Shown here in pieces: positions 25,664 through 37,955 of a stretch of 64,000 nucleotides of DNA. Under the pieces are notes generated by a model. That model made no database searches. It worked only from the letters and a program-made list of their open reading frames with translations, and was not told the DNA's origin. The position numbers were made by a program, and so were the translations under genes. Each line of letters begins with the position of its first letter. The first letter of the stretch is position 1. This DNA is from Callorhinchus milii (Eukaryota): contig NW_024704743.1 in assembly GCF_018977255.1 (NCBI RefSeq), positions 92,754,001 through 92,818,000 of the forward strand. Reading direction: 5' to 3'.

Positions 25664-26395
25664 ACCAAGGTCCATCTAGTTCGCCTTCCACCTTCCTGGC
25701 AGTTGCCTGTACATATGTCCCAAACTACCTATGTACGGAAAGTTTTCATCTGTGGCCAGTCTTCAGGAGAAGATGGAAAATGTGATGTTATTTTTCACCA
25801 CAATATTAATAATAATCCTTGCCTTTGGTTTAGCTCGTATCACATCATTGTAATATTTCTAAGAACTTTACATGATTTTAATATAAATTGTAGTGACTAT
25901 GTTTATTGCAGGTTTTACTATGAAAAGCAGCAAGCAACCGGTTGGAAATTAAGGGAAGGGTTTGCTATAATAGGAAGAAAAAAAAAGCTATCAGAATGAA
26001 CATATCTATTATCTATGAGTTTCATATTAGATTCAGTAGAAGGAGTTTTAGTTAGGGAAATCTCTGAAATTATTTCAACTGTTCACTAAAGGGGATTTGC
26101 TATCAAATTGAAAATTCCAAAGGTATCCCTATTTAGCCAGATTCATCAATTAGGTGGTTGTAGCCACTTCAAACTGAACAAGATGCTGACACAATCCTTC
26201 CCACTTTGCAACCATTTACATTAACTTCTTGCTTCAGGTGCTAAAACAATATCTTGGCTCAGCAAAACCTTTGATTATGTGAACTTAATTTAGTCAATAA
26301 AAATATGGCTTTAAGCACTCATTTCATATGATATTAATAAGCATACTTGTCAATAGGGCAGCTGTAAACACAATGCAGATCTTCACCGCATTAAT

Positions 26396-26685
26396 GGAGT
26401 CCTGTAGCTCAGAACACTTGCCTCACAAGCAAGAGACCTGGGTTCTATTCCCGACAGGGCAAAAAGTTGGGCAAGTTTCCTTACTCCACATGCCTCTCTT
26501 TACCAAGCAACAAGTAGGAACCCAGGTGTTAGTCGATTGGTGGATTGTTTTCTGGAGATAATAATCCCACAAAAAAAATTGGTCCCTCAATCCACAACTG
26601 TTTGTGGGATATTCTGTGAAGCACTTTGAGACATCTAGGAGACATGAAAAGCACTATATCAAATGCAAGGATTATTATTATTATT
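26396..26685 (+). mobile_element. Long-form tRNA SINE with the Deu core deleted
   Basis: The head and long-form segment are present. TTTGTGGGA is joined directly to TATTCTGTGAAG at about 26610. Confidence 0.88.
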
Positions 26686-28158
26686 AAATGGAGTTCTTTA
26701 AATTTCTATAAATAAAGTTCTATAAATGAAATCTTCTTCTTCAATCTTCTTCTTCTCTCAATTGTTCTGTTACAAAGTGAATTACCCTTGTAAGTAATGA
26801 ATACTGCATTTTAGCAGTAGGACTGTCACATACATAATGGTTTCTGTTGGTATTACCTCCAGTGTTAAATTATTATATGCAATCCATATTATACAGTATA
26901 TTCCCAACATCAAGACTACCTTCAGGCAATGTTTTTTCTTGAGCCACATTTCAGATACGCACATCATTTTAGTATAATAAAAATCATGCAATGCCTCTGA
27001 AAGATCTCAGTTCACATGTCTGCCCAGATCCTAAAATCTTATGCAGTCAATTTTTATTATCTTTCAAGAGCAAAAGTAAATCAGTTATTATGTCCTCTAT
27101 AAGTGGTCTCTGTGGTATATTTATTAAATGATAATGTTTGATGTCCCATCCAAATTCTGTTTCAAACCTTACCTGGTACTGGAGGTCTGATTCCAATGAC
27201 TTATCAAGCAACCTTCTTGAATGTTCCCTGGTCTAATTACACATACACTGCTGGCTGACCCTGACAATCAGAACCAATATTGTTGGCATGGATCAGAACA
27301 GGAGATGATAGGATGTGACAAGAATAAATCCTTGTAAGAAATGTATCTATTACAGTTGTCATTTTGGAAGCTGAACCTACTTTTAGCAAATGCTTTTGTT
27401 CACTTACCTCTTGTTGATTATCTTTGGATCAAGTTTCACCAATGTCTGACATCAATCAGTTTTGTTTGAATATAAATGGTTCTGAAAGTCAGCCTTATCA
27501 TACATTTTTACAGTCTAAAATAATGATATCAAAAAGAATACGTCAATAAAGAGTGATGTGATGGCTTATTTAATTATATATTGGGATGTAATTTATGTTT
27601 TTTGTTAACATAGCATTTAAGCACTGTAAAATGCTACCCTACATGAAGGCCGCTATCTGTGTAAATGCGAGTTGTTGTAAATAAGAAATGTATGATTCTT
27701 GAATTGTTAGATTGATCAGCAATTTCAATGTTTTAGAAATGTGATCATTGCACATTATTTATTAAGAAAACTGGTAACCTGCAAATTAGACGCTAATTGT
27801 ATTTGTGTATGTTTAAAATCTTAAAACATTGAGAAGAATTAATTTTTACTCATATTAAATAATTTCTATCATGACTTTCTCTAAGTTGATACTTTGAATG
27901 ATGTGCAAACCAAAGATTGCTTTAGATAGGAGCAGGGCACATGATTTATTATTTTACAATCTGCCAACAGTTCCTACCATTTCCTCATTTGTTATAATGT
28001 TGAAATCCCTGGTGCTTGGTCCCTGCCATTCAATCCATGCTTCATCCAAGAGCAGGGAGTTGAGCTGAAGTCATACTTGGTGGGAGGAAATTTGGATGCA
28101 CAATCAGGGGGTAAAAAAACAAAGAGACAAGTTGTTTTGGTATAAAGAATGAGGGATA

Positions 28159-28554
28159 TAATAATAATAATGCTCGATTTTGATATAGCACCTTATCACA
28201 TTGTTGAGACGTCTCAAAGCCCTTCACAAGATATACCGTAAAATATAGTGACTGTGTATTTTGTAGGTGAAATGCGGCAGCCAATTGTGCACAGCAGTGT
28301 CCCACAAACAGTCATGGATTGAGTGACCAAAGTATTATTTTTGAAGGGATTATTATCCTCGGAAAGCGATCCGCCAATCGATTAACAACCGGGTTCCTAC
28401 TTACTGCTAGGTAAATAGAGGCATGTGCGTATGTGTGGGGTAAAGAAACTTGCCTAAGTTTCACCCTGATCTGACCCCCCACCCCCACCCCCGGGAATCC
28501 AACCCAGGTCCTCTCCTTTACAAGGCAAGTGCTCTAACCACTGAGCTACAGGGC
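28159..28554 (-). mobile_element. Full-length long-form tRNA SINE
   Basis: The reverse complement contains the A and B boxes, GCCTCTATTTACCTAGCAGTAAGTAGGAACCCGGTTGTTAATCGATTGGCGGATCGCTTTCCGAGG, the Deu core and the tail. Confidence 0.9.
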
Positions 28555-28847
28555 AGAGTTCAGAGATTACTGATATTAGAACTATAGATAGGAGAAGGGA
28601 ATATTCTAGACCTAAAGAGGATGAGGAGCTCAGACACAAATAATTAATGGTTGGTTCTAGGAGGGCAGGGGGACAGTGGAAGTTAAGTGTGTAACATTTC
28701 CAAAATTGAAAAATGTTGTCAGCAGTTTCTTAGATGTACTGGATGAGCTCCCAGAAGACTCAGTTGATAAACCACTGCCAAATGTGGAACTGAGCAGTAC
28801 AGTCCCAGTTAGCGATAATGCTAAATTCAATGATCTCATTCGATGTG

Positions 28848-28861
28848 CCAGTAGGGGGCAC
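28848..28861 (+). promoter_or_regulatory. Candidate CTCF binding site
   Basis: CCAGTAGGGGGCAC is an exact match to the CCASYAGRKGGCRS core and lies in non-repetitive sequence. Confidence 0.5.
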
Positions 28862-29344
28862 TTCAATTGGTCTCAGCTGTCTACGTTGGGAAGAAACAAC
28901 AACAGGGTTCCCATTCCTGATCATTATCCAGTGATCCCTGCTGTACATTTCTGTGTGTATGTTATATGTTGGATGAGAGCAGTTTGGTCTGGCTTGTGAA
29001 GCTCCTTATGGTGCCCACTCACTCTTTGAGCTCACAGGTGAAGAATGTGCATTTGGAAGAAATACCGAAGCATAATTAATGTCCATGGAACATGCTCCAG
29101 CAGCGCCTTCAGAAAATAAGGGGAAATAATTGAAGGAGATTTTTTTTCAGAAACAAAGTACCGTTCAATAACTTTTCACATCACTTCAGTATAAAATATT
29201 ACCCAAGAAAGTGTAAAACACTGCGACACAGATCACTTAACACTTGACGGATTACTTCTGTCGTGCATTCTGTGTGTGAGAAGCAGATATAGAGAAAAAA
29301 GATATGTGTGTGCATGTGAGAGAGCAAAAAAGAGTGGAAGGAAG

Positions 29345-29988
29345 ATACAATACAATACAAAATTAAATTTATAAATTCCATTTTACGTCGGGAGGACATC
29401 CCAAGTAGAGGGCAGAGAGGATAGGAGGGTGGCTGATTGTTAATCGATTACCCAGAGAGGGTAATGCAGACTGGAGTTCAAGAAGGTGGGGGCAGACGGC
29501 TCGAAGAAGGCTCGACCGCTGACGGTGGGCGGGTCGTGCAGGGGACATGGAGCAGGCCAGAGCCTGCAGAGCAAAGAGAGCCAAAAGGATGATAAGGGGT
29601 TAGTAGGTTTGAGAGGTAGGAGGGGGCAAGGCCATGGAGGGCCTTGATGGTGAGGATGAGAATTGTGAACTCGATCCTCTGAGGGATGGGGAGCCAGTGG
29701 AGCTGGGCGAGGGTAGCTGTGATGGGGTCACGGAGCTTGGTGCGGGAGAGGACATGAGCTGCAGAGTTCTGGATGATCTGCAGCTTGTGGAGGGAAGAGT
29801 TGGGAAGGCTGACAAGCAGGGCATTGGCGTAGTTGAGCCTGGTTGTAATGAAGACATGTATGCGGGTTTCGGTGGCCTGAGGAGTGAGGTAGTGGCAGAG
29901 TCGGGCAAAGTTGCGGAGGTGGGGGAAGGCAGAGCGGGTCACAGCACGGATGTAGGGGAGAAAGAGCAGTTGAGGGTCGAACAAGACC
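29345..29988 (-). mobile_element. L2 LINE 3' fragment
   Basis: ORF 29478-29999 (FDPQLLF...HVFITTRLNYAN...LHWLPIPQRIEF...ALHGLAPSYLSNLL) and a CTCCC-type stem-loop near 29385-29403. Confidence 0.92.
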
Positions 29989-30932
29989 CTTTTAAACAAA
30001 ATTGTTAGATTTCACAGATGGGAGAAGGATACTCTTCCATTCGATACTGTTAAAAGCCAAGGTTTATTTTCCACCATTCTCCTTGGAGAATAATTGTGCT
30101 CTTTTATATTATTTGTCATGATTCATTTTGTGTACTGCTGTGGCAATGTTTTTACCCTTTTAAACAAAATTGTTACATTTCACAGATTGCTGATCGTAGA
30201 GCTGTGATGTTATTAATTGTATCAGCAACATGACTGACTGAAGCACGCTGTGTCTTGAAACATAAAACTGACAATCCCTGCTGAGGAAAGGAAAACAAGG
30301 TGTCAGACATTGAGAATCATCACAGTTCAAGTTAAAACAACAACTTGCATTTATATAGCGCAATTTACATCCTCCAAATGTGAAAGGAGCTATATAAATG
30401 CAAGTTTTATCAGTGTCTAGGAGAGCTTCACATGATTGGGGTTGGACCCTGAGCAAGGGAGAAGGGGAGGTGGCCATACGTACATTCAAAGAGATTAATA
30501 AAATATATCAACACATTTCTGTTGAGGGGTGATCTATTACCTTTTTGGACTAATTATTTAAAGTAGAGAGCAATGATGGAAACCTACATCACTGTGTTTG
30601 GGACAAAAAAAATTAAAAGAAATGACTCAAATTAATTTTGGAAATGAATGGAAACATTGCAAGCAACCTACCTCTCTATTTCCAATATTGAGGGGAAACG
30701 TGTGTATTCCTAATCATATTGTACTTATTAAATGATGTTCTTTAGCAAGAAATGCTGTACTTTTGGACAGAAATTATGGTTAAAACATAACCTTTAAAAT
30801 ATGTCTTTAACATGTCCTTAAAAACAAGACTGAACCTGAATTCCCTCCCCCATATGCCCAAATATGAGAAATGTAGCTTCATGCATACCTGGGATTTTGG
30901 CCTCACACAGTCAAACTTATGCATAGTAGTCA

Positions 30933-33420
30933 AAACATCAACAACAACAATAACAACAAAATCACATTTGCATAGCGCCTTTTAAGTAGGGAGGAAGTCC
31001 CACAGTGTTGGACAATCAATGTTTTGGACCCAAGCTGGACGTCGAGATAAGGGAGGGTGGAGGGCAGGGGAGGAAGGAGGGTGACCAAAGGGCATGGTCG
31101 AAGAGGAGGGTCTTGAGACGGATCTTGAAGGAGGCAGAGACGGGTGAAGCAGAGAGACTGTGGGATGGAGTTCCAGAATGTGGGGGCAGAGTGGCAGAAG
31201 GCCCGCCCGCCAATGGTGGGGTGGGTGAGGCAGGGGATGTGAAGCAGGCCGGAGCCTGCTGAGCGGAAGGAACTGGCAGGTTGGTAGGGGTTTAGGAGGC
31301 CACAGAAGTAGGGGGGAGCAAACCCTTGGAGGGCTTTGAAGGTGAGGATCAGGATCTTGAACTGTACACTCTGTGTGATGTGGAGTCGGAAAAGCATCAG
31401 GTGATAGCCACTACCCCCAGAAACTCTGGAACACTCTCCCTCAATCCCTCTGCCTTGCCCCCTCTCTCCCGTTTTTATAAGTCCTGTCTGAAAACCTTCC
31501 TTTTCCTTTTAAGTCCTGCCTGAAAACCTCTCCCCCGCCATCGTACCAACCCCCGGCTCGGAGTTAGCCTCCGCCACTGTAAGGATACAGCTCTGAGATG
31601 CTACCCTGCATGGAGAGCGCTATACAAGTGCAAGTTGTTGTTGTTGTTGTTGTTGATAGGGTTGTGGAGCCTAGTGCTGAAGAGGACACGGGCTGCAGAG
31701 TTTTGGATGCTTAGCAGCTTACGGAGGGAGGAGCTGGGGAGACCGACAACAACAGCAACAATAACAAAATTACATTTGCGTAGTGCCTTTCACGTCGGAA
31801 GGTTATCCCAAGGCAGGACAAGCAGGGAGTTTGCATGTATGAGGGTCTCAGCAGCCGGCAGTGTGAGAGAATGGTGGCGCCAGGCAATATTGCGCAGGTG
31901 GGGGAAGGCAGAGCAGGTCATGGCACGGATGTGGGGTAGAAATGATAGTTGAGGGTCAAACAAGATGCCAAGGATCTGGACTGGCTTAATAAGGTGGAGT
32001 GTGCATCCTTGGATCCTTGGATGGTGATGCTGTTAATGCCTGAGGTGTGGAGTCGCTGATGGGAGCCAATCAGAAGAACCTCGGTCTTGTTGACGTTCAA
32101 CTGTAGAAAGTGAGCTCTCATCCAGGACTTGGTGTCTGACAGTCATTCTGTCATTCAGTCATTCAGTCAGTCCTGGAGTTGAGGGTGGAGCTAGAGAGAT
32201 AGAGATGGGTGTCGTCCGCATACATGTGGAAATTTGCTCCATGTCTGCGGATCATATCACCAAGAGGGAGCATATAGATATTGAAAAGGAGGGGTCCAAG
32301 GACAGAGCCCTGAGGAACTCCACACAAGATGGTGAAAGGGCTAGAGGAGAAGCTGTTTGTGGAGATGAAGTGGAGATGGTTTCAGAGGTACAATCTAAAT
32401 CATTCAAGGACACAAGCAGGAAGGTTGAGGTGAGAAGAGAGGCGGTGGAGGAGGATAGAGTGGTCAATGTTATCGAAGGCAGCAGAGAGGTCAATAAAGA
32501 CGAGGAGGTAGAGGGAGCCCTGGTCGCAGATAGACAGAATGTCATTTGTCACTTTGACCAAAGCTGTTTCTGTGCTGTGGGTGGCACGGAAACCCAATTG
32601 GAGGATTTGTGTAGGGAGTGTATCATAGAATCATAGAATCGTACAGCACAAAAAGGGGCCATTCGGCCCATCGAGTCTGTGCCGGCTCTTTGAAAAGAGC
32701 AATGTAATGTCAATCCCACTCCCCAGCCCTTTCCCCATAACCCTGCAGACCCATCCTCCTCAAATACCCATCCATAGTGGGAGAGAAAGGAGCGAAGCTG
32801 GGAAGCAACGACTTGTTCCAGGACCTTGGAAAGGAAAGGGAGGTTGGAGTTGGGATGGTAGTTTGAGAGAAGGGATGGGTCCAGGGAAGGTTTTTTAAGG
32901 ATAGGAGTGATAATGGCTGTTTTTTAAAGGGGTAGGAATAGCACGAGTGGACAGGGAGCAGTTTATGGCTGTGAGTTTGGGGACACGGAAGTGGAGATGG
33001 GAGGTAAGGAGAACAGTAGGGATGCGATCAAGGGAGCAAGTGGATGATTTCATGTGGGTTATGATGGTGGTGAGAGAGGAGCCAGTGACTGGTTCGAAGG
33101 TGTGGAGGGAGAAATTGGTAGGGGCCTGGGGTGTGAGGAAAATATGGGGAGGGGATAGTGGTCAGAAGGGCAGAGGTAGCTAAGGGGATCCCCTCAACTT
33201 TGGTTTCAAGGAAATCCAGCATCTCCTAGCAGTTGGCGTTGGAGGAGAAGATGGACGAGGCATGACAGGGTGGGTGGAGGAGCCAGTTGGTGATAGAGAA
33301 GAATAGCCTGGAGTTGTCCTTGGCCTCCAGCCAGTTCTGCTGATGGACTGTTATGTTGGATTTGAGCCAAGTGTGCTCACCGGCATGCTCCTGAGTCTTA
33401 AGGGAGTGGTAGTCCCTCCT
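30933..33420 (-). mobile_element. ~2.5-kb L2 pseudogene with three nested insertions (L2 + at 31406-31654, L2 tail at about 31746-31817, CR1 tail at about 32623-32775)
   Basis: Colinear motifs: FFSITNWLL, GFRATHSTETALVKVTND, DLSAAFD, LQLNVNKTEVL, FKILILTFKAL, FKIRLKTLLFD. TGATAG and GACAA target-site duplications flank the first two inserts. Confidence 0.9.
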
Positions 33421-33474
33421 AAAGGAACATATCACTCCTAAAGGAACATATCACCCATTGTACTATTTAACTTG

Positions 33475-33880
33475 TAAAGGTGCTGAAACCCAACAGGCAT
33501 TAAGAAGTTGGATGAGAATAAGTTCTGTATTCGTCTATTTCCCTCTTGAAATTCAATATGGATTCTGCCTCAACCAATGCTCCTGGCAGGGCATTCTATA
33601 TCTTAACAACTCTCTATGTGAAAAGAATTCTCCTAATTTTATTTGTTCACTAACTAATTTAAATTGATGCTCTCTGGTTACTGACTCAATGACCAATTGC
33701 AATAATTTCTCTCTACTCACTCTATCAAAATTGTAAAGCTGTTTATCAAGTCACTCCTCAACCTTCCTTATTCTAGCGGAAAAAACCCAGATCCTCCAGT
33801 CTCTGCTCAGAGGCCAAACCACTCTACCTGGTATTATCCTGGTAAATCTCCTCTGTAACCCCTCTATTGCCTTGACATCT
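33475..33880 (-). mobile_element. Decayed CR1 fragment, followed by an old Deu-SINE head remnant (about 33880-34030)
   Basis: GCCTCAACCAATGCTCCTGGCAGGGCATTC...CTCTATGTGAAAAG...TCCTGGTAAATCTCCTCTG is CR1 ORF2 antisense. Confidence 0.6.
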
Positions 33881-36114
33881 TTAAATGACAGCACCTTAAA
33901 CAATGCATCACTCCTTTAATATTGCAGTAGAACATTAGTGTAGACAATTAGCTGAAATCCCATCACAGAGCTTCCAGCCTCAAACTTTTAATGCAGAAGC
34001 AAGAATGTTACCACCTGAGTCAAGTTGACAGGTTGAATCTACATAAGGTTTAAGGTGCAAGCCTATGGACTGCCCGCTTTCTGATTTTGTAGCTGCTCAG
34101 TGCATCAGAATCAGCTGCTCTGATGTTAAAGCTTTGCATAATCAGTTAAGGAATATGTAATTATTTCTTCCTGTTAATTTAGTGGTAGGTGTCTTGGTGT
34201 CCCACCTCCATGATCTGGCAGGCAGTAACCCAACTGAGTGAGAAGAATACCAGCTTGAGTTTAAGAGTTCAGTTGCCTGAGTCTGCACCTCCGATTGAAC
34301 TCCAATTCTGAGGGCATAGTGTGAAACGAGACAGAAAATATTGCAGTGTTTGTAAATTATTTCCTTTGATAGTTACTTAAACAAAATAATTCTCAGAAAA
34401 ATAATGCATGGAATACCTCTAATTGCAGGATAAAGGTGCCTAGAATGAAACGAAAGCTGCTTATCAGCAGCAGCTTCAAAGGGAGCTCTGTGCATTTTGG
34501 ATCATTTGAAATGCTTCTACCCACCTTTGTGATCTTTGCTTTTCTGAAATGGTAATGCGTAGGAAAACCATGGCAGAGAGAAAAAAATTGAAGTGCCTTT
34601 GATAATAATTACACATTTACTGATAGCAGTGATATTAAAACTACTTTTTTTTAAAAAAGCACATGTACTTTTATTTCTAAATGATCAATCGTGTTTTATC
34701 TATCTCTCCCCGTCCTACATTTTAATTAGGAAAGTGAACACACAGTCATTTAGAGACTTCAGCAAGTTACACGTACCGATTTGTCCCCGTTTTGGGTACG
34801 TATCAAACGAGATTCAAACTGCTATCTTTGTGTCTCTAAATTGGCCACAAAGGATCTCGATTTCCGATGTTGTATTGGCTGCATAATGATGTAACGCTGT
34901 GGCTCTGTTGCAAATCACTTCCTTCAGTTCCTTTTTGATTTGATGTCTTTCATGAAATTAATAATGCATCAAAGAACTACCCACCACAGACATGCCATTT
35001 ACAGCAAGAACTTGCAGTGGACCTAAAATACCTTGCTGTATATCCTCTGCAGAGCTGCCACTCCATAAAGGGCAGAGAGAACATAAAACTGGGAATTGTA
35101 CAGATCTTCTGAGTCAGATTAGTGTCTCTTCATAGTTTAATCACAATGATGTATTTTCCTGGTATTTTGAATCATTAAAAGAATAAAGCTTCACTAATGA
35201 ATGATTCAATTCAGATAAGAGAATGCACAAGCTTGGTAGATGAGCAGCTTTTCCATTCCACATGTCAGGTGTCCAAAACTTCAGAAGGCTTTTCGTATCT
35301 AAGCTATTTCAACTACCCCTCACCCCAACCCTTAAAAATAAAACTTATATTAATTAAACCTTAAATTATTTGCCTCCTAGGAATTTCTCACCACACTGTT
35401 ATGTCTTACCCTGATGCCTCTGATTAGGGTATCAAACTCCTGTCACAGCATTTTCTTCAACCTCTCATTATTTAGAGACAGGCCCTGTTTTTCATCCTGC
35501 ACATTTGCCGACGATCATTCTATTTATGACATGCTTTTTCTTCTCTCGCATAATTTGATTTTGTTTGCGTCCTTCATGCACCCTGAATGATGTGTGTGGT
35601 AGCTGGATTTTAAGTGCAACAGCAAACAAAAATGATAGGAGATCTATGTTTGCGAGGGAGGCAGCTACTGCCTTGGTGCTGTGCAGAACATGATGTGCTT
35701 TTTGCGTCTGTTTGGATTAATTATAATGGGGAGCTGCAAATTCAGCCCGGTATATAATGTGGAGCAGTGCAAAGTAAATTTCGGAATAATCCGTCCCCAG
35801 GATTGAACCAAATGGTCTGTGTTTTATATTAAGAATTTTTAAAACTGTGAACATTTAAAGATGTGGTGAACTGTAATATCCAGGCATCCTCTGATAGATG
35901 AGTGGGGAAATAAACCATTGTTCAAAATGAAAATGATAAATTGTTGTTTGCAGTGATTCAGACATGGAAGATCCCAGATTCAGTTACTGTGCTATTAATT
36001 GATCTCAAATGGGGTTGTTGTGGGTACGCTCCTGATTGATATCCAGTGTCCCCTGCTGGAAAGTGTATGTATGTGCAAAGGATTGGCTATGATGATCCCC
36101 AATGTTTAATTCCA

Positions 36115-36720
36115 TAGAATTCCATCGAATGTTATAGCGCAGAAACAGACCATTTGGCCCAACTAGTCCATCCTAATATTCATACTCCACATTAGCCTAA
36201 ACTCTCCTAATAGCCTCACCTATACCCCTCTATTCGCTTTTCCTATATGTATTCAACAAGTTTCCTGTTAAACACTTTGTGTTTTGCTTGAAAGAGAGTT
36301 TTCAGAATTGAGATTCATATCCTCACTACTCTTTGTGTATAGAATTCTGTTCCTCCTAATCTCTCTTTAGACTTGGTACTGGCTATCTTATATTATGTCC
36401 CATTTTTTTAGATTCACCAAAACATGGAAACAGACTATTAACAACCACCTTCATAACACTTGTATCATGTCCCCTCTCAATCATCTCAGCTCCAGAGAGA
36501 AAAGCTGTCCAATCTAATCTGTCCCATCTTCTGTGATAGCTGAATCCACTTATTCTGGTAACATTCCACTAAATCTACGCTGTACTCTCTCCAATGCTAC
36601 AATATCCTTCCTGTAGTATGGTGATCAGAACTGCACACAATTATCCAAATGTGGTCTAACCTAACCATTATATAAATATAACATAAATTTCCTACTTATG
36701 ACCTCTATTGTATAGAACTG
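36115..36720 (-). mobile_element. CR1 LINE 3' fragment
   Basis: CATAGAAT tail repeats, CCATTTGGCCCAAC terminal stem, ATCCTTCCTGTAGTATGGTGATCAGAACTGCACAC (antisense of VQFWSPYYRKD). Confidence 0.8.
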
Positions 36721-36744
36721 TTTCTTGATATTTTCTAATACTCT

Positions 36745-36900
36745 AGACTGACTCCAGTACGATGCTTTAGGGTGTGCTGCATTGTTAGAGATGCCATCCT
36801 TCAGTTAAGATGTTAAACCGAGGTTCCATCTGCCTGTTCAGGACAGTGCTCAAGATATAATTACACTATTTGAGAAAAGGGAGTTTCTCCCAATGTCCTG
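36745..36900 (+). mobile_element. Old Deu-domain SINE fragment
   Basis: GTGCTGCATTGTTAGAGATGCCATCCTTCAGTTAAGATGTTAAACCGAGGTTCCATCTGCCTGTTCAGG. Confidence 0.8.
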
Positions 36901-37792
36901 ACTCTGAAACTATCCATCTGCTGCTGGTTGGATGATGATCTGATTTCCCTCCCTCCCTTCCCACATTACATATGGTGTCAACATGCTGGGTTTAGGAGTA
37001 TAGAGTACATCATAGCCGATTGACAGGATCCCGGCACTGGAAGTAGATCAGGGATTCCCACAGATCGACTGTACCATGCTACTGCTTACCGACAGGATTC
37101 CGCTTTAGCAGCTTCTAGACACTATTATGAAATCCCTTTGTAAATCTCAGTGTTTCCCACTCCACTTTGTGCATGTCTGTAACTTTCATTAAAAATAATA
37201 TTCCTTACATTCATATAACACACTTCATGTTGGAAAGATGCCTCAAAGCACTTCACAGGATAAATTGTAAAGAGTAGTGACTGTGTGTTTTGTGGATTAA
37301 TGGGACAGCCAATTTGCACACAGCAATGTCCCACAAACAGCCATGGATTAAGTTACAATACTGTGAAATTCACAAAACAACACAAACAAATCACAAAACT
37401 CTTCATAATATACTGTAACATGTGTGGGATCGGATCATGAGATAGGTCGTGTCAGAGCATGAGCAGTCTAGGACTGAGCTGAGCAGTATTACAGGTAGCT
37501 GTTCCAGTAACAAGTAGCACAAACAGTGCTCTATCAGGATCACAGGGAGAGGTGCTGGTGGTAAAACCTGGCAAATCTCATTTGGAGTACCATGCTCAGT
37601 TGTGGGCATTCAATCTAAGGAAGGATACAAGTCTTTGGAGGGTGCCCGGGATATATTCAGAAGAGAAGAGTTTATATGGTGATGTGATAGAGGCTTTTAA
37701 AAATGATGGAAGGAATTGACAGGTTAGGAATTGCTAGAGTGATCTATTACAGTGGGCAGAGCCTTAAAATTGAAACTAACAGTTAGAATTGT

Positions 37793-37955
37793 CAGTGGTG
37801 TAATAGGACCTGGTACAAGAGTCTAACATTTTGCTTACCTTTACCATCTCCATGTGAGAGAACATGCGTGGTCCTCTGCCAATGGGTTGGGCCTCCATAA
37901 CTTTGTGGACCTTGGCCTGACTTCATCACTTGCCCCACTGTTAGTTATGCCTATG
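37793..37955 (+). mobile_element. Degenerate hAT-type MITE (non-autonomous DNA transposon)
   Basis: Termini CAGTGGTGTAATA and TAGTTATGCCTATG look like decayed CAGTGGCGTAACTA-type TIRs. An 8-bp TSD flanks them: AGAATTGT (37785-37792) and AGAATCGT (37956-37963). Confidence 0.65.

Noticed and set aside
27408..27514. Minus-strand segment with a good acceptor and AG|GTAAGT donor
   Set aside because: Stop codons in all three frames and no evidence for a non-coding transcript.
28676..28999. 107-aa ORF in unique DNA
   Set aside because: No recognisable domain, a non-ATG start and no convincing splice pair. It is more plausibly regulatory DNA, as it contains the CTCF motif.
35960..36100. Possible ancient repeat shared with about 58660-58790
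   Set aside because: The similarity (around CCCCTG...TATGTATG) is too weak to support by eye.
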